Positions 34,558 through 40,970 of a stretch of 40,970 bases of DNA are shown here, in pieces. The DNA comes from a virus. Its lineage: Duplodnaviria; Caudoviricetes. The notes beneath the pieces are model-generated. The model was not told the origin of the DNA and did not search any database. It saw only the letters and a program-made list of their open reading frames with translations. The stretch lies in the IMG/VR virus record IMGVR_UViG_3300032226_000216, positions 1-40,970 of that record. The stretch is one strand, 5' to 3'. Each line of letters opens with the position of its first letter. Within the stretch, counting starts at the first letter, position 1. Position numbers and translations under genes: made by a program.

Positions 34558-35676
34558 TTATCCTTTTCCGCCGCCTAATACATTATATAAACCGAGTCCC
34601 GCTAAACCAAGACCACCTAATTGAGAAGCCATACTTGGTGCCGGAGCATACGCTACTTGAGTTGAACCTAGTGCACCAGCGTTACCACGTAGAATATTAC
34701 TGAGATAATCAAGTTGGGCTTTTTGATAATTTTGTTGATCCATAAATTGTTGATATTGTTGATTAAGTCTTTCTTGTTGCATAGCTTGTGATTCGCCTGC
34801 TGACGCTGCCTGCGCTTTAAGTCTTTCAATATCACTTTGTTGTTGTTGTGCACCTAATGCACCTAATGCTTGAGAACCTTGTAAGCCTGCAGTAAGTCCA
34901 GCTAATCCAATATCTTTACCAAGTCCTGCTTGGTATTGTTGAGCTTGTTGACCAAGTTGAGCTGCTTGCATACGTCTAGCTTGGTCACGTTCAAATTGTT
35001 GTTGGGCACTCGTAAATGCCTCTTGTTGACCACGAGCTCTAATATTAGAAATATTTTGTGCTGCCCCACGACCTTGTTCTGCTTGCAATAAAGCTTGACG
35101 CGCGCCGCCAAATGTACCTCGACCAATAGAACCTAATGCCCCTGCTGTTTTATCTAAGTCCGCCTGTTTACGAGCTTCAGCCACAGCAATATCTGTAACG
35201 CCTGTTTGATAAGGAGACATATAATATGAAGCTGCGGGAGCATCAAATGTTCCACCTGAAATAGCCATAGGGCTATAACCAAACGCTTGACCTAATCCAG
35301 TCATACCTGCGCCAAGACCCATTGTAGTACCAGCACCTAGTCCTGCTGTAGCTCCACCAAATTGACCTGGTTGAGTTAAGCCTGCTGTTTGAGCTTGAAC
35401 TGCTTTTTGTTCGGGAGTAAAATCTGCAACGCGGGCACCAGTATATGGAGTAAATTCTTTAACACCTGTCACATTGCCAGAAGGATCTGTTTTATAAATT
35501 TGTTGACCGGATTGTTTTAAAAGCTCTTCGTAGTAAGGCTTTGCATACTCAGGTAAGTTAGTAGAGTAAGAAGTTTGCGTAGTATTACCCCCGCCGCCAC
35601 CACCTTTAGAGCCGCCGTAAAACGTGAATGCTTCTACTAAGTTTTGAACCCAGTTAAACAAATTAAATAATTTCAT
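34558..35676 (-). CDS. probable ejection/pilot protein (P22 gp7-like position)
   Basis: 372 aa, G/A/Q-rich, with a 20-aa leader followed by GGSKGGGGGG, YMSPY, TFGGARQ and a hydrophobic G/L-rich C-terminus. Confidence 0.65.
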   Translation of the reverse strand: MKLFNLFNWVQNLVEAFTFYGGSKGGGGGGNTTQTSYSTNLPEYAKPYYEELLKQSGQQIYKTDPSGNVTGVKEFTPYTGARVADFTPEQKAVQAQTAGLTQPGQFGGATAGLGAGTTMGLGAGMTGLGQAFGYSPMAISGGTFDAPAASYYMSPYQTGVTDIAVAEARKQADLDKTAGALGSIGRGTFGGARQALLQAEQGRGAAQNISNIRARGQQEAFTSAQQQFERDQARRMQAAQLGQQAQQYQAGLGKDIGLAGLTAGLQGSQALGALGAQQQQSDIERLKAQAASAGESQAMQQERLNQQYQQFMDQQNYQKAQLDYLSNILRGNAGALGSTQVAYAPAPSMASQLGGLGLAGLGLYNVLGGGKG

Positions 35677-36086
35677 AAATCTTTCTCCACAACCATTCGC
35701 ACGGTATTAAAGTTTGCTTTTAGTTTATATAGTCTTGCTTGTGCTTCTTGTGCCCACGCACTCGCTTTTGTTGCACCTTGCATTTTAGCCCATGTTTCTA
35801 CTTGGCTAAACGTTTCATTATTTACAATCTCACTACCACCTAATGCCGTAATAAACATAGTTCTTGCATTAGCGTTATTAATAAATTCTACTGTCATAGC
35901 CCCGTTTATTTTATTGTTCTCATTAACGGACACTAATAAAGATTGTTCACCACGTACTAATAATAACTTTAATTGGTCTAACGTAAAATCTCCACCACTT
36001 ACATTAATAGACGCATTTAAATATTCTTTTATATCTTCCCAAACATTATATATGTTGTTGGGCGCTACGATTTGTACGGTGTTCAT
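35673..36086 (-). CDS. GNAT-fold-like virion assembly protein (P22 gp14 / T7 gp13 position)
   Basis: 137 aa alpha/beta protein with FITALGG, WAKMQGAT and ARLYK, immediately upstream of the pilot protein. Confidence 0.55.
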   Translation of the reverse strand: MNTVQIVAPNNIYNVWEDIKEYLNASINVSGGDFTLDQLKLLLVRGEQSLLVSVNENNKINGAMTVEFINNANARTMFITALGGSEIVNNETFSQVETWAKMQGATKASAWAQEAQARLYKLKANFNTVRMVVEKDL

Positions 36087-37933
36087 GCAGGCATGTATTT
36101 GCTAGGATTAATTTGTTTACCTTGTTTTTTATTTCCTGTACGAGCGTGTCTTACTTTATCTAACATTGCATATAATCTTTTTGATCCTGCTTTAGATGAG
36201 CCATTACCTAAATGAGAAACTACATCTGCAGGGATTACAAATTCCCCATCTGCCAATCGAGCGGGTTGTTTACCTTCTATTGTAGCAGGAATTGAGTCAG
36301 ACATACCATCACCTTGGCCATTTAAATATCCGCCTTTAGCGTATCCCGATGATATAAGTTTTCCATCGCCTGTTCTTTGTTGCGGACCACTACCCCCATA
36401 CATTGATACAATATTTCCGCTTCCTGTGTAATATTCTTGCTTAGGCGCTTCTTTCATTCCAAAAAAGGCTCCCATACCTGATTCTAAAAATTTTGCGCGA
36501 TCTGATTGAGACATTTGCTTCATTATATCTGGAAATATTGCCGCAAATGGACCGTAACCTTGTGAATATAATTTATCATCTGAACCCATGCCGCCCATAC
36601 CACTTAGCCCACCTAATCCGCCGGCAGGAGTTTGTTCACCTGTTACAGTATTTAGTGTAGGAAGTTCATTAAGGTTTAAACTACCGCCTTCAGCGTAACC
36701 TAACGTCTTAGCATTTTGTAAAGATTCTTGTGAAGCTAATGTATTTAATCGGCCAATACCATATCCTTCACTAGAAATATTATCTAGCCCTTGACCTTCT
36801 GGTCTATTATATAAATCGGATAAGCCTCCGCCTACAGATGGATTACCTACAGCCCCACCAATAGCATAAGAATTAATTGCACCACCTTGTGCTGCACGAA
36901 TAGGCTGATTTAAATTAGGAAGCAATTTAAGTCCTGTTGAGTATCTATCACTTAAGTTAAGTTGACCTTGTGGTCCTGTGTATTTACCTTTTTCTGGATC
37001 TTCATACCCTACGTATTCTTGAGGTTTTAATATGTCTTCCATAAATGGAGAAGCTCCATACATACCAATTTTAGCTCCGCCATATAAAGCATCACCATCA
37101 CCAATATGTCTTGCAAATCCTACTGGGTCTTTAGCAGCGTTACCAATTGCATCTCCAAACCTACTTATTTCGCCAAAGTTATTAGATGCCGCAGTAGTTG
37201 CGCCCGGAATATCTACGCCAACTGGTTTGGCTGCGAATGACTCACTTAGATTTCTTAAGCCTGTAGTTGGAGTTGTACTAGTTGGGCTAATAAGATAATC
37301 TTGTTTTGCTAAATTTGTTAAGTCTTTAGTACCTAAATCAATACCGCTTTTGTAAGCATTAGTAAAATCAGGTGCAAAATTTTGTGTTTTAGCTAATGCA
37401 TCAGCACCTACATTAGTAGGAAGTTTTGTAGTTATATCATCAATAGAAGAAGCTAAGTCATCTGTAAGGCTTGAAGCAGTAGTTCCAAAATTCATATTAG
37501 CACCAAGTTGACCTGTAGAGCCAAAAACTCCAGTATAAGGTGCATTTTTTATAGCATTTAATTCAGAAGTAGGAACTTTAGGTGCTGCACCAAAAGATGA
37601 AAGACCTTCGCCTATTTTAGCGCCGCCGTAGGAAGTTAACCCCGCCATAGCTGCATCACCTAAATCACCACCTTCAATTAAAGTCTTACCTGCCATTAAA
37701 GACGCAGTAAGCCATGGTGGCATACCTAGGAAACTACCAGCTACTGGAAGAACAAAATCTAAAAACCCTGCTTCAGGTAACCCTGTTTGAGGATTAACCG
37801 TTAAAGAGCCCCCATGAGCCATAGCTAAGCCTTGAAGTCCTTGAACTTCGTTAGGTGTCATGTGAACAAGCATCGAGTCATTACCACGACCTAATGATGC
37901 TAAACCTTGTGCTGATTGTTGTGGGTAGTTCAT
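36083..37933 (-). CDS. probable internal virion protein
   Basis: 616 aa. N-terminal GRGNDSMLVHMTPNE...GGSLTVNPQTGLPEA, repeated YAxGG, and C-terminal GDGMSDSIPA...RLADGEFVIPADVV. Confidence 0.65.
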   Translation of the reverse strand: MNYPQQSAQGLASLGRGNDSMLVHMTPNEVQGLQGLAMAHGGSLTVNPQTGLPEAGFLDFVLPVAGSFLGMPPWLTASLMAGKTLIEGGDLGDAAMAGLTSYGGAKIGEGLSSFGAAPKVPTSELNAIKNAPYTGVFGSTGQLGANMNFGTTASSLTDDLASSIDDITTKLPTNVGADALAKTQNFAPDFTNAYKSGIDLGTKDLTNLAKQDYLISPTSTTPTTGLRNLSESFAAKPVGVDIPGATTAASNNFGEISRFGDAIGNAAKDPVGFARHIGDGDALYGGAKIGMYGASPFMEDILKPQEYVGYEDPEKGKYTGPQGQLNLSDRYSTGLKLLPNLNQPIRAAQGGAINSYAIGGAVGNPSVGGGLSDLYNRPEGQGLDNISSEGYGIGRLNTLASQESLQNAKTLGYAEGGSLNLNELPTLNTVTGEQTPAGGLGGLSGMGGMGSDDKLYSQGYGPFAAIFPDIMKQMSQSDRAKFLESGMGAFFGMKEAPKQEYYTGSGNIVSMYGGSGPQQRTGDGKLISSGYAKGGYLNGQGDGMSDSIPATIEGKQPARLADGEFVIPADVVSHLGNGSSKAGSKRLYAMLDKVRHARTGNKKQGKQINPSKYMPA

Positions 37934-37967
37934 AAAGATAAGTCCTTAATTTTGTCTAATAATACCA

Positions 37968-38828
37968 TTAATATAGTGCCGATACAAATGTTGCGGTAAG
38001 AATTACAGCGGGAGAAGCTGGGCTAACTGGAGCTGTGCCAGGGGGATATGTGCCAATTACCGTATCCCCAGAAACTGAACTCATCATTAACTGAACGTTA
38101 TCCCCAGCATTTACAGGTATTACTATATTCCAAGCAGTTAATGTAGCGCCTAAATTAGCACTAGGGCCTGTTGGAACCGTAGAAACACCAGCTGTATTTG
38201 GTATGTCATTTGTATTTTTTCTAAACCAAAAAGATACGTTATCTATTGAACTCTTGGGGTTTAGAAGCTGAGCGCTAAATTGTATGTTGTAATAACCAGC
38301 TACAGCAAAGACAATTTTAGTATTATCTGCGGGGTCTAGAGCTACCTGATTGCTGACATCTGTTGTATCAAATGGGACTTGTAAAGCAGTAGTTGCAGAT
38401 GGTACTGCCTGGGCTTCAGTTACATAAACTCCAGCAGAATGAGCAGCGCCACTAGAGCCGTACTCTGAACGGGTAATTCCTGTAAATGAAGTGGCAGTTT
38501 TGCCTGTATAACTAATTAATTCTTTACCAATCAGAATCGTACCAGCAGATGCAAAGTTAGCGGTTGAGGCTACAACAATAGCTGCCGTTGAACTTGAGTT
38601 TGGTATGGCATTAGTTAGCGTTGTAAAACCGTCTTGAGAAAACGCACCATTAGGAAAACGTAACGCAGCTCCACCATCAATATTACTTAAGTTAGTAGTA
38701 AACGCATCAAGCGTATTAAAATATAAACGTAAGGCATTACTAAAAGACTCTTGATATGTTTGACTATATGCTATCGTAGGTATAGGTAAGTTAGGGGCCT
38801 TAGTAGACCTAATAATACTGTTAGCCAT
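37968..38828 (-). CDS. probable tail needle/fibre-like structural protein
   Basis: 286 aa with N-terminal PNLP...LRLYFN and a beta-rich C-terminus (AGYYNIQFSAQ), in the gp26-like position after the gp10-like gene. Confidence 0.55.
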   Translation of the reverse strand: MANSIIRSTKAPNLPIPTIAYSQTYQESFSNALRLYFNTLDAFTTNLSNIDGGAALRFPNGAFSQDGFTTLTNAIPNSSSTAAIVVASTANFASAGTILIGKELISYTGKTATSFTGITRSEYGSSGAAHSAGVYVTEAQAVPSATTALQVPFDTTDVSNQVALDPADNTKIVFAVAGYYNIQFSAQLLNPKSSIDNVSFWFRKNTNDIPNTAGVSTVPTGPSANLGATLTAWNIVIPVNAGDNVQLMMSSVSGDTVIGTYPPGTAPVSPASPAVILTATFVSALY

Positions 38829-40807
38829 TAGTTTCTTGTTCCATCTGGACGTGCATCAACTCTTGGTAAACCTAGTTGCCATTGTGTACCTACTGTATCT
38901 GATCCAATCTTAAAGTTCATTTGACGACCACGAGCTCTAATAAATACTTGGTTAGTATATTGATCCACAGTAGCTGTTGCAGTTACAATCGTAGCACCTG
39001 TTGTTACGCCTTCAGCATTAACTATAGCTTGTGCAGCGCCAGGGAAGTTACGTACTCCCACAACAATATCAGCTTCAGGAATAATTGGTGCACCTGTGAC
39101 TTCATTAACAGCATCAGAACCTCTAAAGTTAATATCTGGGATCACACGGCGAATGAGCATATATTTATCACCATCGTCAATATCAACGTCAGCTGATTGA
39201 ATAAACGAAGTAATAGGAAGTGGAGCAGCTCCTAAAGGTTGTCCATCGTTTGTGCCATTTTCATGTTGATACACCCATCCATTACCACTTGTATCATTTT
39301 TTAATGCAACAGGGTTATTAAATACACCAGAATCAATCCACGCAGTTCTTTCTAATTGTCCATAATACCAAATGTTTTCAAGGTAATTAAATACAACATA
39401 GCGATTAATTTCAGATGAGTTAGCTGAAGGATAGAACCATATAATTTCTGTAAATTTATTATTAACTCCTGCGAATATAAGTGAACTTTGAGTGTAGTTA
39501 ATATCAGTAAATATGTATTGACGTATGGTACAAGGTAATGTATCAACACGACCAGAGTATGTATAGAATCTATCTCGACCCATCCAGTAAGTAATATTGT
39601 TAGAGCCTACAAGTGCATTCGGACCAATAATAGATATGTTATGAGATAACTCTTGAATACCAAACACTTCAGCTGTACCTAAGAATTGCAACGAAGTTAA
39701 CGAAGTATTAGTAAATATCAATGATTCTTGCCGTGTATTAATAGCCGTAATAATTTTAGAACCTGATTGTAATCTTACAAACCCTGCAGTGTTAGTAACG
39801 GTAGGTTGCCAATTTTCAGGTTCAGGACCAATATCAGGATCAACATTAGACCAACGAATAAGTAATGGATCATATGTACCTAAATAATTAGGGGCTGCTG
39901 CGGTAGGATCATAGTTAGTACAACCTAATGCAAGCAAGAAACCTTGTGGAGTAAACATAATCTTTTGTACTTTTTGCGGCACTGCTACTGCACCGACTAA
40001 AGAATTAAGTAAAACTGCACGTGTATTAAATGCTGAGACATAAGCCCAGTAATAGATGTCACCGCCCGCACCTGACACTGTGTCATAGGCTGTATTAAAT
40101 ATTAAATCATTATTAAACTTATCCATGAAAATAAGTCTGGCAGGTTGAAATACTGGTACTGTTGAGCCAGAACCCCAAGTTAATCTGCTCCAAGTAGAAG
40201 TACCCCAACCATAACCTGCTGTAGTAATAGGGAAGCCCGCGGGTAAATAAACTATTGCAGTAATACCTGTACCACCTTGGCCTGTGGTTGTGGATGTTGC
40301 AGTAGTAGTTGCTTGGAATGTAAACGTATTAGAATCTATTACAGTCACTTGTACTGTTGTATTCATTTGAGCGACAGGAATACCACCAATTGTAGGGCCC
40401 ACAATACCACTAAAGGTTACATAGGTACCTGTATTAGCGCCGTGACCTATAATAGTTACAGTCACAGTTTTAGAAGCGTTAGTTGTGCCTATGCAATTAT
40501 TTGTGGCAGGTGATGTGTATGTAGCATAAACAGGTGTAATATCGTAAAGCGTTGTACCAGAACCTACATATATACGAGAGTTTGTACCAATACCAAGTAA
40601 ATTAGATCCATCAGTTGTTGACCAACTAAATATAGAACGAGCAGAATCTGTGTAAGGTGTAATATTAGATACAGTCCAGCCACCAAACTTTTCAGGGAAA
40701 CCTGTTCTAAATCGAACGAGCTGAGTCTCATACCAACCACCTTCCGATGCGTAGTTAGTTTGATCTCGGTTAACACCGGGTTTAAATACTAGTTTACTTA
40801 GTGCCAT
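38828..40807 (-). CDS. tail tube/head-stabilisation protein (P22 gp10-like beta-propeller)
   Basis: 659 aa with FKPGVNR, IRWSN, YWMG, EIIWFYP, RYVVFNY, RTAWID and C-terminal RARGRQ...PDGTR. Confidence 0.75.
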   Translation of the reverse strand: MALSKLVFKPGVNRDQTNYASEGGWYETQLVRFRTGFPEKFGGWTVSNITPYTDSARSIFSWSTTDGSNLLGIGTNSRIYVGSGTTLYDITPVYATYTSPATNNCIGTTNASKTVTVTIIGHGANTGTYVTFSGIVGPTIGGIPVAQMNTTVQVTVIDSNTFTFQATTTATSTTTGQGGTGITAIVYLPAGFPITTAGYGWGTSTWSRLTWGSGSTVPVFQPARLIFMDKFNNDLIFNTAYDTVSGAGGDIYYWAYVSAFNTRAVLLNSLVGAVAVPQKVQKIMFTPQGFLLALGCTNYDPTAAAPNYLGTYDPLLIRWSNVDPDIGPEPENWQPTVTNTAGFVRLQSGSKIITAINTRQESLIFTNTSLTSLQFLGTAEVFGIQELSHNISIIGPNALVGSNNITYWMGRDRFYTYSGRVDTLPCTIRQYIFTDINYTQSSLIFAGVNNKFTEIIWFYPSANSSEINRYVVFNYLENIWYYGQLERTAWIDSGVFNNPVALKNDTSGNGWVYQHENGTNDGQPLGAAPLPITSFIQSADVDIDDGDKYMLIRRVIPDINFRGSDAVNEVTGAPIIPEADIVVGVRNFPGAAQAIVNAEGVTTGATIVTATATVDQYTNQVFIRARGRQMNFKIGSDTVGTQWQLGLPRVDARPDGTRN

Positions 40808-40970
40808 TATTTACCCTCAAAGAGTGCACGTTCATCTAATCTACGAATTTGTAGACCTCGTAATATTTTACCACCTGCACGACAATATTTCACTAACGAT
40901 TCCATAGCCGCCTTTTTATCCCCGCGAAGAAGCGCTTGACGGAGTGTTGATCTTTGAAAGCATCCAAGAC
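40807..40970 (-). CDS. GH24 lysozyme/endolysin, C-terminal part (truncated by window edge)
   Basis: Manual translation ...LGCFQRSTLRQALLRGDKKAAMESLVKYCRAGGKILRGLQIRRLDERALFEGK*, matching the STL...GGK.L.GL..RR..E..LF ending of phage lysozymes. Confidence 0.8.
   Translation of the reverse strand, partial: LGCFQRSTLRQALLRGDKKAAMESLVKYCRAGGKILRGLQIRRLDERALFEGK

Noticed and set aside
1-40970. Prophage boundaries, integrase, reverse transcriptase/DGR, or alternative genetic code
   Set aside because: No host genes, recombinase or RT motifs were seen. Genes are intact under the standard code with all three stop codons used.

Overview
This window is about 41 kb of a tailed dsDNA phage with a P22-like (podovirus) morphogenesis module and no host DNA. 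It is probably most of a genome, but the capsid and part of the tail and lysis block lie outside it. Minus-strand late genes occupy both ends. On the left (1-5260) are a GroES-like co-chaperonin, portal, terminase large subunit and probable small subunit. On the right (27142-40970) are a lysozyme C-terminus, a gp10-like tail protein, a GNAT-like protein, several ejection proteins and a 1819-aa polyvalent virion protein. A plus-strand early/middle arm (6535-27145) carries many small ORFs, a Cys/Zn-ribbon protein paired with an M28-like peptidase, a VRR-NUC nuclease, DUF3310, a SleB-like hydrolase, a TraR-like protein, family A DNA polymerase, two HNH proteins, a cupin/2OG-Fe(II)-like protein, a PD-(D/E)XK exonuclease, an SNF2 helicase, a probable SSB, an HTH protein and a primase-DUF927 helicase. 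Five observations stand out. (1) An unannotated 56-aa ORF with its own RBS is overprinted in the +1 frame of a linker of the 1819-aa virion protein, just ahead of its HEXXH peptidase domain. (2) The non-coding block at 5.7-6.5 kb is highly structured, with a heptamer array, nested inverted repeats, three IHF-consensus sites and an AT tract, and probably marks the genome end or origin. (3) About 10 kb downstream of that block appears purged of CCGG, GGCC, CCWGG and GCNGC. (4) A second control region holds a phased AGAAACGGGG array and palindromic operators. (5) There is a GNAT plus 20-residue-leader pair resembling P22 gp14/gp7. All calls come from motif reading by eye, with no database search.
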